DNA of 64,000 nt from Thermoanaerobaculia bacterium (lineage in GTDB: Bacteria; Acidobacteriota; Thermoanaerobaculia; Multivoradales; JAHEKO01), in contig CAMYOG010000042.1 of NCBI GenBank assembly GCA_947259925.1, positions 15,221 to 79,220 on the forward strand, in the 5' to 3' direction. The notes below the pieces were generated by a model that saw nothing but the letters and a program-made list of their open reading frames with translations, did no database searches and was not told the DNA's origin. The translations under genes and the position numbers were made by a program. Shown piece by piece: positions 1 through 8,848 of this stretch (position 1 is its first letter; every line of letters begins with the position of its first letter).

Positions 1-583
1 AGGCGCCACCGGCGACGCACGGCCCCATGATCGCCGCCATCTGGAAGACCCCCTCGGCCGAGAGGCGCGCGTTGTTGTAGAAGGCTCTACCGAAGTGCTC
101 CTTGTCGGGAAAGATCTCGTCCTGAAGCGGCAGGAAGACCCCCGCCGAGTCGACCAGGTAGACGATCGGCAGCCGGTTCTCGAGGGCGATCTCCTGCGCG
201 CGTAGCACCTTCTTGCAGGTCAGTGGAAACCAGGCGCCCGCCTTGACGGTGGAGTCGTTCGCGACCACCACGATCTCGCGTCCGTGGATCCGCCCGATGC
301 CGACGATCACCCCGGCCGCCGGCGCCCCGCCGTACTCCTCGTAGAAGCCGTAGGCGGCCCACAGTCCGAGCTCCAGGAACGGTGCCCCCGGATCGCACAG
401 CGCGTCTATCCGCTCGCGCGCGGTCATCTTGCCCTTGGCGCGCTGCTTCTGCCATGCCTTCTCGCCGCCACCGCCGCGCAGGATCGCCTCTTCGGCGCGC
501 AGCTTCTCCAGCTCGGCGGTCCAGTGATCCAGCCGCTGCAGGAACGCCTGATCTTCCTTCTTGCTCGATTCGATGACCGCCAT
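1..583 (-). CDS. acyl-CoA carboxylase carboxyltransferase (beta) subunit, PccB/AccD5-like; N-terminal part, gene continues past the window start
   Basis: Reverse translation from ATG (rc of cat at 581-583) reads [21 protein letters not shown]...[24 protein letters not shown]...[18 protein letters not shown], the conserved N-terminal domain of propionyl/methylmalonyl-CoA carboxyltransferases. Absent from the ORF track because it runs off the edge. Confidence 0.75.
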   Translation of the reverse strand, partial: MAVIESSKKEDQAFLQRLDHWTAELEKLRAEEAILRGGGGEKAWQKQRAKGKMTARERIDALCDPGAPFLELGLWAAYGFYEEYGGAPAAGVIVGIGRIHGREIVVVANDSTVKAGAWFPLTCKKVLRAQEIALENRLPIVYLVDSAGVFLPLQDEIFPDKEHFGRAFYNNARLSAEGVFQMAAIMGPCVAGGA

Positions 584-653
584 TGCGCCTCCCACGGGGC
601 AGGCGTGATTATACGTAGGGTGGCGTGCCCGGTAGGCTGCTACGATCCCGGCG

Positions 654-1340
654 ATGCGCATTCGTCTGCTGGCGTTCGCGTCCGCCGCCGAAGCGATCGG
701 TGGCGGCGAAGGGGAGCTCGAGCTGCCGGCGGGCGCATCGGTCGCCGACCTGAGAAGAGTGCTGGAGGAGCGCCACCCCGCCCTCGGCAGGCTCTGGGAG
801 CGGCTTGCGGTGGCGGTCGACGGCGAGGTGGCGGGTCCGGAGCGGCAGCTGACCGACGGCTGCGAGGTCGCGCTCCTGCCCCCGGTCTCCGGAGGCTCCG
901 CGGCACCACGCGCGCGGCTCGTCGACGGCACCATCGACCTCGCCGAGCTCACCCGCGAGATGTCAGACCCGGGAAGCGGAGCGCTGCTGATCTTCCTCGG
1001 TCGCCCTCGCGGTCGGACCGGCGAGCGCGCCGTCCGGAGGCTCGAGTACCAGGCCTACGAACCGATGGCCACGGCGGCTCTCGAGAGGATCGCGCTCGAT
1101 CTGGAAGCGGCCGTCGCCGGTCTGTCGGTCCGCATCGTCCACCGTCTGGGCGCGGTCCCGATCGGCGAGCCGAGCGTCGCGATCGCCGTCAGCTCGCCCC
1201 ATCGCGACGCTTCCTACCGTGCCAGCCGCGAGGCCCTCGAGCGCCTCAAGCGCGAGGTGCCGGTCTGGAAGCAGGAGGTCTACCAGGACGGCGGCACCGC
1301 CTGGCGCGAAGAGGAGCCTCTTAATTCGGAGACAGGTTGA
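654..1340 (+). CDS. molybdopterin synthase MoaD-MoaE fusion protein (sulfur-carrier domain ending in GlyGly fused to the catalytic subunit)
   Basis: N-terminal roughly 80 aa look like MoaD/ThiS and end in PPVSGG; the C-terminal part has MoaE-like conservation ([10 protein letters not shown]...EYQAYEPMA...[10 protein letters not shown]). The last 6 codons and the stop lie inside repeat A. Confidence 0.75.
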   Translation: MRIRLLAFASAAEAIGGGEGELELPAGASVADLRRVLEERHPALGRLWERLAVAVDGEVAGPERQLTDGCEVALLPPVSGGSAAPRARLVDGTIDLAELTREMSDPGSGALLIFLGRPRGRTGERAVRRLEYQAYEPMATAALERIALDLEAAVAGLSVRIVHRLGAVPIGEPSVAIAVSSPHRDASYRASREALERLKREVPVWKQEVYQDGGTAWREEEPLNSETG

Positions 1341-1431
1341 GTATTGCATCGAAGATTACGAGACAAGCAAGCCTTCTTCTCAATGCCGTCAGTCGTCCGC
1401 TTCGCTGAAATACTCAACCTGTCCCCGAATT
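1323..1431. repeat. MITE/REP-like element, family A, copy 1 (23-bp terminal inverted repeats AATTCGGRGACAGGTTGAGTATT, 1 mismatch)
   Basis: The left arm at 1323-1345 is the reverse complement of the right arm at 1409-1431. The core TCGGGGACAGGTTGAG is shared with the element at 56988-57184. It lies between convergent genes and supplies NS(E/G)TG-stop tails to both. Confidence 0.6.
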
Positions 1432-2781
1432 ACGGGGCTGATGGAACCGGACCCTGATCCAGCGGGCGTAGTCGTCGTCGAGGGTCCGCCATTCCCGGCC
1501 GAGCTGCCGACCGAGCTCGTCGGGCTCGACCGAGCCACCGGCGGCGACACTCGCCAGAAAATCGCGGAACCGGGACGCCAGCTCGGGATCGGCGAGCAGG
1601 TGGCGGATCCAGAACGATGCCTGCGCGTAGTTGAGCTGATCGTCATCGGTCGCCACGAACTCCCGCCAGTCGAGGGCCAGGAGCTCCGCCAGCGGCTGGA
1701 GCTGGCCCTGGTCGACCGCGCGCCGGAGCGTGATCGCCGACGCCAGAGCACCGCGCCACTCCCAGCCGTCCCAGCGCTCCCGGCTCACTCCGCCCAGCCG
1801 CGCGGTCTCGAGCTTGCCCTCCGGATCGACCTCCGAATGCGCCAGATCGTCGGCCAGTCCCTCCTCGAGCCAAGCCGGCAGCGCCGGACCGAGCGCCCGC
1901 CGGTTGAGCAGGTGGGTAATCTCGTGGACCACGGTCGCGGCGACCTCCAATCGCTCTCTCCCCTCGAGGTCGACCGCGACGATCCCGGCTCCGGTCACCC
2001 CCGAGACGTTCAACCCGCCGAGCGAGATCTCGCGCTCCTGATAGGCGGCGAAGTCGTCGTGCCGCGCGAACAGGATGATCGCTCCCCGCGCGGCGCCGAT
2101 CGGCGCTACGCCGTAGCGCTCCGCGTAGATCGTCTCGAGTGGCCGGACGAGCCGATCGAGAAACGAGATCAGCTCCGGATCGACCCCGCCGCTGACCAGC
2201 CGGTACACGCCGACCGACGCTTCGGACACTTGCGGGCCGACCAGCTCGCGGGCGAACGCCAGCCGCTCCGGGTCGGGCGGCTGGGCGGGCAGGGGGCCGG
2301 GCGGGAGGGGATCGCTGCCGAGCGGCGGCTCGGTGCTCTCCCGGTAGTCCTCGAGGTAGACCCAGCCGACCCGGCCTCGGTAGCGCACGCAAAACCAGTC
2401 CTGCCGCCGGTCGAAGACCCGCAGGTTGGCGACCCCGGCGGTGCGGCCGATCTCGATCGCACCCGGCGCCGGTTCGGCCAGCACCGGCGTTCCCTCGACC
2501 ACCCAGACCACCGGCCGGGCGCCCAGAATCGGATCCGGCTCGGTCGAGCCGGTGTGGATCCCCTCGCGATCGATCACCACGATCTCGGGTGGCTCGTCGA
2601 CCATGGGGGGCGGCTCCAGCGGCAGATACGCGTTACGAAACGCCGTCGCCCACTCCCCCACCACCGGCCATTCGGTCGCCCGGGCCACGATCTCCGCCTC
2701 GGGATGCTGGGTCAGCCAGGCCGCGAACGCCATCGCTCCCAGCAGGAGGACGAAGAGCGTCCGGCCGACCAGCGCGCGCAT
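1414..2781 (-). CDS. secreted putative zinc metallopeptidase, MA-clan-like (HExxH ... EG motif), function unknown
   Basis: N-terminal signal peptide; HEITH followed about 18 aa later by LEEGLADDLA, a gluzincin/Peptidase_MA_2-type arrangement. Its start is 3 nt from the moeZ stop, suggesting an operon. Confidence 0.5.
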   Translation of the reverse strand: MRALVGRTLFVLLLGAMAFAAWLTQHPEAEIVARATEWPVVGEWATAFRNAYLPLEPPPMVDEPPEIVVIDREGIHTGSTEPDPILGARPVVWVVEGTPVLAEPAPGAIEIGRTAGVANLRVFDRRQDWFCVRYRGRVGWVYLEDYRESTEPPLGSDPLPPGPLPAQPPDPERLAFARELVGPQVSEASVGVYRLVSGGVDPELISFLDRLVRPLETIYAERYGVAPIGAARGAIILFARHDDFAAYQEREISLGGLNVSGVTGAGIVAVDLEGRERLEVAATVVHEITHLLNRRALGPALPAWLEEGLADDLAHSEVDPEGKLETARLGGVSRERWDGWEWRGALASAITLRRAVDQGQLQPLAELLALDWREFVATDDDQLNYAQASFWIRHLLADPELASRFRDFLASVAAGGSVEPDELGRQLGREWRTLDDDYARWIRVRFHQPRNSGTG

Positions 2782-2784
2782 GCG

Positions 2785-3963
2785 TCAGTAGCGCGGTATC
2801 GACGGGTCGATCTCGAGGCTCCAGCCATCGATGCCGCCGACCAGGTGGCGGGCGTTCTCGAAGCCCTGATGGAGCAGGAAGTCGAGCGCCTTCCGCGAGC
2901 GGATGCCGGTGTGACAGTAGACGACGATCTCGGCACCGCGATCGAGCTCGTCGACCCGGTGCAAAAGCTCCTGGAGCGGAATCAGCGTCGAGCCCTGGAG
3001 TGCACCGATCGAATGCTCCATCGGCGTCCGTACGTCGAGCAGGACGATCTCACGACCCTGGTCCAAAACGGCGCGCAGCTCGCCGGGGGTTAGCTCTTCC
3101 GACGGCGGTCCCGCGGCGGTCGCCACCACGCTCGAACCCACACCGCAGAATTCCTCGTAGTCGATCAGCTCGGTCAGGGTGGGCGAGGTCGAACAGACCG
3201 GGCAGTCCGCCGCCTTCTTGAGCTTCAGCTCGCGGAACTTGAGGCGCATGGCGTCGAACAGCAGCAGCCGTCCGATGAGCGGCTCGCCGGCTCCGAGCGC
3301 CAGCTTGATCGCCTCGTTCGCCTGCAGCGAGCCGATCACGCCGGGCAGCACCCCGAGGACACCGCCTTCCGCGCACGACGGCACCGCCCCCGGCGGTGGC
3401 GGATCGGGAAAGAGGCATCGGTAGCACGGTCCCTTCGCTCCCCAGAAGACCGAGACCTGGCCCTCGAAGCGGAAGATCGAGCCGTAGACGTTCGGCTTGC
3501 CGGTCAGGACGCAGGCGTCGTTGACCAGATACCTCGTCGGGAAGTTGTCGGTGCCGTCGACGACGACGTCGTAGTCGCCGAACAGCCCGAGCGCGTTCGA
3601 CGAGTCGAGTCGGTGGCCGTGGCGGATCAGGCTGATGTGCGGATTCACTTCCCGAAGTCGATCGATCGCCGCGTCCAGCTTCGGCCGACCGACGTCCGAC
3701 TGACCGTAGAGGACCTGCCGCTGCAGGTTCGACTCGTCGACCGTGTCGAAATCGACCAGGCCGAGCGTCCCGACTCCGGCCGCGGCCAGGTAGAGGCCGA
3801 GCGGTGAGCCCAGGCCGCCGGCGCCGACGACCAGGATGCGCGCTCTCTTGAGCCGCTCCTGTCCGGCACGCCCGACCTCCGGCATGATCAGGTGCCGCGC
3901 GTAACGACGCAGCTCCGCGGGTGTGAGGCCGGCAGCGACTGCGGGGCTGAAGGTCGCTGTCAT
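2785..3963 (-). CDS. moeZ: MoeB/ThiF-type adenylyltransferase with C-terminal rhodanese domain (MoeZ/MoeBR-like sulfur-carrier-activating E1)
   Basis: GxGxxG nucleotide loop (VVGAGGLGSP), a CxxC ... CPVC zinc motif and a C-terminal rhodanese domain (VVYCHTGIRS). The likely start is MTATFSPAV (ATG rc at 3961-3963), overlapping the upstream stop as ATGA. The N-terminal 120 aa of the track ORF are rejected. Confidence 0.8.
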   Translation of the reverse strand: MTATFSPAVAAGLTPAELRRYARHLIMPEVGRAGQERLKRARILVVGAGGLGSPLGLYLAAAGVGTLGLVDFDTVDESNLQRQVLYGQSDVGRPKLDAAIDRLREVNPHISLIRHGHRLDSSNALGLFGDYDVVVDGTDNFPTRYLVNDACVLTGKPNVYGSIFRFEGQVSVFWGAKGPCYRCLFPDPPPPGAVPSCAEGGVLGVLPGVIGSLQANEAIKLALGAGEPLIGRLLLFDAMRLKFRELKLKKAADCPVCSTSPTLTELIDYEEFCGVGSSVVATAAGPPSEELTPGELRAVLDQGREIVLLDVRTPMEHSIGALQGSTLIPLQELLHRVDELDRGAEIVVYCHTGIRSRKALDFLLHQGFENARHLVGGIDGWSLEIDPSIPRY

Positions 3964-4359
3964 GACGCCTCGTACTCTACCTGCTCCTCGACCCAGGCCC
4001 CGCTCGCCCGGTCGAGCCGCCAGCTGCGCAGCCCACCGACCCCTTCGGGACCGAGCTCGACGATCAGGTAGCTGACCTCCGGCCAGGCCGCACTCAGATC
4101 GGCAGCGCTCGGCACCGCCGCGGCGTCCGGATGCGAGTGGTAATAGCCGATCACCGCGAGCCCGGCCGCTCGCGCCGCCTTCTGCGCCCGCAGCAACGCC
4201 TCGGGCGCGATCGCGAATCGGCGCCGCCGGCTCCCCGCGTGGACGTTCTCCTCGATCCGCAGCTCGCGCACGGCCGCCCGCTCCCCGGGCTCGCCGATCA
4301 GAATCCCGCACGCCTCCAGCGGGTAGCACCTGAGCGCATCACCCGCGATCGCGTCGCCG
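3960..4359 (-). CDS. JAMM/MPN+ (Mov34) metalloprotease, Mec+-like deubiquitinase-type sulfur-carrier protease
   Basis: EACG ... HSHP-D ... S JAMM motif (PLEACGILIG, VIGYYHSHPDAAAVPS) in the C-terminal 135 aa of track ORF 3960..5228. There is no in-frame ATG; the start is probably a non-ATG codon (CTG near 4357-4359) just downstream of the rhomboid stop. Confidence 0.65.
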
Positions 4360-4390
4360 ACGCTCCGCGGGAGCAGCAGGGTCGACTCGC

Positions 4391-5272
4391 CTATAGCGTC
4401 AGCCCCTTGAGGAACGCCACCACGATCGCGATCGCCGTGACCGCCAGCGCGGCGAGGGCTCCATACAGGTGGTCCGGCTTCTCGGGCAGGAGCGGATTGA
4501 ACCACTTGGCGAGGCCGTAGCCGGCGACAAACCCTCCCAGGTGCGCCCAGTTGTCGACGCTCGGAAAGACCAGGCCGAAGATGAACAGGAAGACCGCCCA
4601 GATCCACGCCTGCCGCCCGAGATGCGCCGCCACCCCCCGCCGCCCGGCGTAGACGACGGCGCCCAGCAGCCCGAAGACCGCGGCCGAAGCGCCGACGGTC
4701 AGGAGCGCACGTCCCATCAGCAGCGACAGCAGTCCGGAGAGCAGACTGCCCTGGGTGATCGTGAGGGCGAACCCCATGAGCGAGGAGAGCAGAAAGCCGC
4801 CCACCGAGGCGAGGATGTAGATCAGCATCGTCCGGCCAGGGCCGAAGATCACGCTCGCGGCGGGAGCCAGCTGGCGTACCCACATCATGTTGAAGAGGAT
4901 GTGGATCAGGCTGCCGTGCAGCCAGCCGGCCGACAGGAGGGTCCACCAGTGCCCGCTCACCACCACCGGAATCGCGCCCGCCGCGCCCAGTCGAGCGAGG
5001 CTCTCGCCGCTCGGCGACAGGAAGCCGAGATCGGGGGACCAGTTGACGCCGGTGGGCGACAGCACCAGGCTGACCAGATAGAGGAGCGCACACCCGAAGA
5101 TCACCACCTGGCTGACGCCCAGGTCTGCTCCGAGTCGCCGCAGCGCGGGACCGAAGCCCCACATCCCCGGGTTGCTCCGCCCGCAGTGCCAGCACTCGGA
5201 CTCGTTGATGCCGACCAGCTTGCCGCACGACGGGCAGACGACGGAGCCGGTCGTCTGGCGCTTGAACATCAC
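4391..5272 (-). CDS. rhomboid-family intramembrane serine protease with N-terminal zinc ribbon
   Basis: Two CxxC pairs at the N-terminus; multi-TM core with GxSG (GASAAVFG) and catalytic His (AHLGGFVAG). Rhomboid next to JAMM and the sulfur-carrier genes parallels the mycobacterial mec-cysO-cysM-rhomboid layout. Confidence 0.75.
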   Translation of the reverse strand: MMFKRQTTGSVVCPSCGKLVGINESECWHCGRSNPGMWGFGPALRRLGADLGVSQVVIFGCALLYLVSLVLSPTGVNWSPDLGFLSPSGESLARLGAAGAIPVVVSGHWWTLLSAGWLHGSLIHILFNMMWVRQLAPAASVIFGPGRTMLIYILASVGGFLLSSLMGFALTITQGSLLSGLLSLLMGRALLTVGASAAVFGLLGAVVYAGRRGVAAHLGRQAWIWAVFLFIFGLVFPSVDNWAHLGGFVAGYGLAKWFNPLLPEKPDHLYGALAALAVTAIAIVVAFLKGLTL

Positions 5273-5505
5273 TCGTCCGCGCTCTCGGAGTCGCCGGGCT
5301 CCTCGAGCGCCTGCACGATCTGGGTGACCTCCAGGTCGGCCTTGCGGATCTTGGAGCGGCAGAGCTCGATCAGCCGGGTCGCCTCCTTCACCCGCTCGCC
5401 GAGCTCGTCGATGTCGATCTCCTCCTCTTCGATCCGCCGGAGGATGCCCTCCAGCCGCTCCATCGCCTGGCCGAACCTGAGCTCGTCCGGTTTCTCAGTG
5501 CTCAT
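5269..5505 (-). CDS. xseB: exodeoxyribonuclease VII small subunit
   Basis: MSTEKPDELRFGQAMERLEGILRRIEEEEIDIDEL is a typical XseB sequence. There is a GGAGGA SD upstream of the ATG at 5503-5505; the upstream part of the track ORF is rejected. It overlaps the xseA stop as ATGA. Confidence 0.8.
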   Translation of the reverse strand: MSTEKPDELRFGQAMERLEGILRRIEEEEIDIDELGERVKEATRLIELCRSKIRKADLEVTQIVQALEEPGDSESADE

Positions 5506-6872
5506 CGATCCTCCACTCGACTCGTCAGCTCGCCGTCGTTCAGTATCGTCGTGATCCGCTCGCCCGGACTCGCCTGTCTCACGCTCCGCAAGATCCGACC
5601 GCGAGCGTCGCGCGTCATTGTAAAGCCCCGCTCCAGGGTCCGCTCGGGCGCCAGTTGGACGCACAGTCGACTCCAACCCTCGAGTCGGGCCTCGGATTCC
5701 CGGAGCCGCGCGCGCGCCAGCGCCGCGATCCGCCCACCCAGCCGCGCCGGTGCGGGACGGCTCCCGTCGAGCAGTCGGGGCGCCGCCTGGGTCAGACGCC
5801 GACTCGCGCCGGTGACCTGTGCAGCGCCGCTCGACAGCAACCGACCGGTAGCGCGCACCAGCGCCTGGCCGCTGGCGGTCAGGCGCTCTCGGGCCGCCGT
5901 GACCCGGAATCCGCTCAATCGCAATGTCCGCTCGACGCGCCGCAGCTCGGCACGCGCCCGCTCGAGCGGCAGCCTGGCCTCCCGCAGAAGCGCCGAGCGC
6001 ACGCTCTCGAGCGCCGCCTCGGCGCGCTCGAGCCGCTGGACCAGGAACTCCGCCACCTTGGTCGGCGTCTTGAGAGAGGTATGGGCAACGAGGTCGGCGA
6101 CCCCTTCGTCGATCTCGTGGCCGAGTCCGGTCAGCACCGGAAACTCGGCGCGCGCGATCGCCTCGGCCACCGCTCGTGAATCGAACACCGCCAGGTCCGA
6201 TCGTGAGCCGCCGCCGCGAATCAGCGCCGCGCAGTCAGGCCGCGGCCGGGCCGCGGCGCGCAGCGCCGAGACGATCTCGCGCTCGGCGCTCGCCCCCTGA
6301 ACGGCGGCGTGCACGAACAGCACCCGGAAACCGTAGGGGCTCTCCTTCAGGGTACTCAGGAAGTCGTGGTAGGCAGCGCTGTCCTCGGAGGCGATCAGGG
6401 CCAGCCTGAGCGGCACCGGAGGCAGGAGATGACCCTTGTTGCGGTCGAGCAGACCCGTCTTGACCAGCGCTTCGATCGTCTCGCGCCGGCGGGCAGCGAG
6501 CTTTCCCTCCGCGAAGGTGACGTCGACCTCGCGGACGACCAGCTGGATGCGGCCGAACGGCGGATAGAAGTCGAGGTTGGCTCGACAGCGGATCTGCTGG
6601 CCCTCGACGATCTCGAGACCGCTCCGCGCGAGAACCCGCTCGACGCGTTGGAGGTCCTTCCGCCAGACGACCGCTTCGAGTCGACCGACGATCTTGTCGC
6701 CCGCGCCCTTTTCGACCAGCTCGAAGTAGAGGTGGCCGCTCCGGTGCCGCTTGATGCGCTGGACCTCGCCGGCGACCCAGACCGAGAAGTAGGCCTGGTT
6801 GACGAGGTCGCGCACCTCCTCACAGAGGCGCGCTACCGAGTAGGTCTCCTCGAAGAGCGGCGTCTGGGTCAA
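5502..6872 (-). CDS. xseA: exodeoxyribonuclease VII large subunit
   Basis: N-terminal OB-fold region (YFSVWVAGEVQRIKRHRSGHLYFEL), a catalytic middle and a long C-terminal coiled coil, typical of XseA; translationally coupled to xseB. Confidence 0.85.
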   Translation of the reverse strand: MTQTPLFEETYSVARLCEEVRDLVNQAYFSVWVAGEVQRIKRHRSGHLYFELVEKGAGDKIVGRLEAVVWRKDLQRVERVLARSGLEIVEGQQIRCRANLDFYPPFGRIQLVVREVDVTFAEGKLAARRRETIEALVKTGLLDRNKGHLLPPVPLRLALIASEDSAAYHDFLSTLKESPYGFRVLFVHAAVQGASAEREIVSALRAAARPRPDCAALIRGGGSRSDLAVFDSRAVAEAIARAEFPVLTGLGHEIDEGVADLVAHTSLKTPTKVAEFLVQRLERAEAALESVRSALLREARLPLERARAELRRVERTLRLSGFRVTAARERLTASGQALVRATGRLLSSGAAQVTGASRRLTQAAPRLLDGSRPAPARLGGRIAALARARLRESEARLEGWSRLCVQLAPERTLERGFTMTRDARGRILRSVRQASPGERITTILNDGELTSRVEDR

Positions 6873-7027
6873 CCCGTGTCCACCGATCTGAGCATCGCGC
6901 GAGGCGGAACGATCCCTCGTGGGTCGGGTCCCACTCCTCCCGTGCGGCGGGAGACGGATCCGGCAATAGCCGGTAGCGGTTCACGGAGAGCTCGGAGCAA
7001 GCCTCGACGCTTCCCTGCGGAGCCTCG

Positions 7028-7576
7028 CTAGTGGAAGCCGACCAGCTCGTCCGAGCTCTCGAGCGGGATCGCCTTCGCCCAGCTGAGTGCGTTGCGGTCG
7101 CCGAGCGTCAGCTTGTCGAGGAACGCCTCGGCGTCGTCGCGGTTGTGGAAGAGGCGCCAGATGAACGTGTGGCCGGCTGGAGCCGTGAAGTAGGTGTAGT
7201 GACGGATGCTGTCGGTCAGGTCGAAGCCGAGGTCGGTCTCGCCGTTGATGCCGACGCACGCCGCGGCGATCCCCTTGTAGGCCAGGGTGAGCGCCTTGAC
7301 CGCGTCCTCGTAGTCTCCCAGCTCCTCCTTCGAGAGCGGTGTGTGGAAGATCGAGATGCGACTCGGATCTTCCTCGGCCAGCAGGTTGTACGGAACATCG
7401 TAGCGATCCATCGCCTCGCGCGTCTCGGCGGTCATCACGAAGACGTCCTCGCTCCCCTCCACCTTGTAGGTGACCGCGAAGATGTCATCGTCGAACTCGG
7501 CGAACGCCTCGGCCAACATGCTCTCGTCTTCGATGGTGAAGTAGAAGAGGCTGTTCAGGTGCCTTCTCGGTGACAT
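7028..7576 (-). CDS. hypothetical acidic cytoplasmic protein
   Basis: Clean 182-aa ORF with coherent codon usage and no recognisable motif. Confidence 0.45.
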   Translation of the reverse strand: MSPRRHLNSLFYFTIEDESMLAEAFAEFDDDIFAVTYKVEGSEDVFVMTAETREAMDRYDVPYNLLAEEDPSRISIFHTPLSKEELGDYEDAVKALTLAYKGIAAACVGINGETDLGFDLTDSIRHYTYFTAPAGHTFIWRLFHNRDDAEAFLDKLTLGDRNALSWAKAIPLESSDELVGFH

Positions 7577-7714
7577 GGCTGGTGGAACCCCCGTTTGGAG
7601 TGGAAACGAGCCGCCGCTGCTACGACCCGAATGAATCTCGTCTCTGAGCTGTGGCCGCGGGTAGACGCGGTGCGCGCAGGCTCTTCATCATATCGCAAGA
7701 ACCTGAGCTCGCGC

Positions 7715-8047
7715 CTAGGTGGCGGGCAGTTTTCGGCTCGCGGTCAGGATCACCAGCCCGATCACGATCACGAACGGCCCCTCCCAGATCCGCCAGAAGA
7801 ACGGCAGCCCGACGGACCAGTCGATGACCAGCAGGGCGAGGCCGAACAGCGGCAGGGCGACGCCCAGGTAGGTCAGGGTCCCGCGATAGCGAACCGGGTC
7901 GAAGGAGATCACCCAGAAGAGGCCCCCGAGCAGGGCGTAGAACGCGGACGTCGAGCGCGCCAGGTACCAGACCACCGGCGTGTCGGGCATCTCCCCCAGG
8001 CCCAGGTCCGAGTGGATCGAGGCCATCCACGAGTCGGGAGCGACCAC
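7715..8047 (-). CDS. hypothetical small membrane protein (3 predicted TM segments)
   Basis: Hydrophobic 110-aa ORF, preferred over the overlapping 154-aa Arg/Gly-rich frame at 7620..8084. Confidence 0.4.
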   Translation of the reverse strand: MVAPDSWMASIHSDLGLGEMPDTPVVWYLARSTSAFYALLGGLFWVISFDPVRYRGTLTYLGVALPLFGLALLVIDWSVGLPFFWRIWEGPFVIVIGLVILTASRKLPAT

Positions 8048-8176
8048 GAAAATCAGCGCCAGGAGCGACGCACCGCCGATCCACCGGAGAACGACCTTGA
8101 GGAGCGTCAGTTCGCCGCTGCCTCCGGGTCCGGCCGCGCGCGTCGATCGATCGACTCCATCCGCTGACGATAGCAG

Positions 8177-8848
8177 TCAGCTGGACCCGGAGCGCTCCAG
8201 GTAGTCGTCGAGCTGGCGCTTCTGCTCCGGGCTCAGCTGCCGGGCGTCGAGCTCGAGCTCCTTGCCCGGCTCCGGCATCGGCACCCGCGGATTGTTGAGC
8301 GCCGTATCCAGGCCGTCGCAGCTCGAGCCGAAGGTGAAGCGGGTGAAGTTCTCGCAGATCGTCACCAGCTGGCCGGCCAGCTGGCTCTCGATCTGGATCG
8401 TGAGCTCCTCCGACTCGACCATCGTGATCAGGTACTTCTCCTCCTGGCGCTCCAGCTTGACCCGGGTCCGGATCGTCCGCTCCTGGTTCGGCACCACGAC
8501 CACGTCCGTCAGGGTGCCTCCGGAGATACCGGCGACCAGGATCTCGGCCTCGACGTCGGCCTCGCCCTCGAAGTGCACCCAGAGATCCGCCTGATGCTCG
8601 CCATCTTCGAGCGGCGTCAGCTCGAGTCGGTTTGCGAACAGCTCGAAGGTGTTGTTCTCGGACGTCGGGCGGACGACCACCGGACCGTTGCGCACTTCGC
8701 GCAGCTCGCCGCCCAGATCGGTGTAGGTCCCGTTGATCTCCTCGACCACGATGGTCGTGGTCTCCGGTTCGGGCGCCGCGGCGGAGACCACCGTCGCCAG
8801 GGCGAGGAGGCCGAGGAGGTGTCCGAGACGATTCGCGATCCCGCTCAT
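8177..8848 (-). CDS. hypothetical secreted protein (signal peptide)
   Basis: N-terminal signal (LLGLLALATVVSAAAPEP), acidic; its start overlaps the stop of the VWA gene as ATGA. Confidence 0.5.
   Translation of the reverse strand: MSGIANRLGHLLGLLALATVVSAAAPEPETTTIVVEEINGTYTDLGGELREVRNGPVVVRPTSENNTFELFANRLELTPLEDGEHQADLWVHFEGEADVEAEILVAGISGGTLTDVVVVPNQERTIRTRVKLERQEEKYLITMVESEELTIQIESQLAGQLVTICENFTRFTFGSSCDGLDTALNNPRVPMPEPGKELELDARQLSPEQKRQLDDYLERSGSS

Noticed and set aside
284-3093. Long GC-rich ORFs on the opposite strand of, or out of frame with, confident genes (284..1324, 1219..3093, 1643..2392, 2589..3221 and similar ORFs throughout the window, e.g. 9262..10560, 18630..20516, 22879..24252, 28330..29661, 34939..37512, 40118..41692, 46024..47382, 47401..48708, 48398..49648, 54355..55743, 61689..63182)
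   Set aside because: Their translations are Arg/Ala/Gly/Pro-rich low-complexity sequences with no motifs. Each fully overlaps a gene with clear family signatures in another frame. This is typical stop-codon depletion in roughly 70% GC DNA.
3960-5228. 422-aa ORF spanning the JAMM region and most of the rhomboid gene
   Set aside because: Only the C-terminal roughly 135 aa carry the JAMM motif. The remainder is out of frame with the well-supported rhomboid protease and reads as low-complexity Arg/Gly sequence.
4391-5272. Idea that the rhomboid here is the rhombosortase for the DUF11 protein at 18549..20498
   Set aside because: The rhomboid is embedded in the JAMM/MoeZ operon 13 kb away and carries a zinc ribbon like the mec-cluster rhomboids. 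There is no adjacency to the putative substrate.
5269-5676. N-terminal 57-codon extension of xseB, and similar upstream extensions of the track ORFs for moeZ, the VWA protein, the YhaM-like gene, the HMGS-like gene, ctaB, the methyltransferase, parA and the thioesterase
   Set aside because: Family alignments begin at internal Met codons that have Shine-Dalgarno-like sequences or start/stop overlaps with the upstream gene. The extensions overlap neighbouring genes.
7620-8084. 154-aa ORF overlapping the 110-aa membrane ORF
   Set aside because: Arg/Gly/Pro-rich with no hydrophobic segments; the alternative frame 7715..8047 encodes a coherent small membrane protein.
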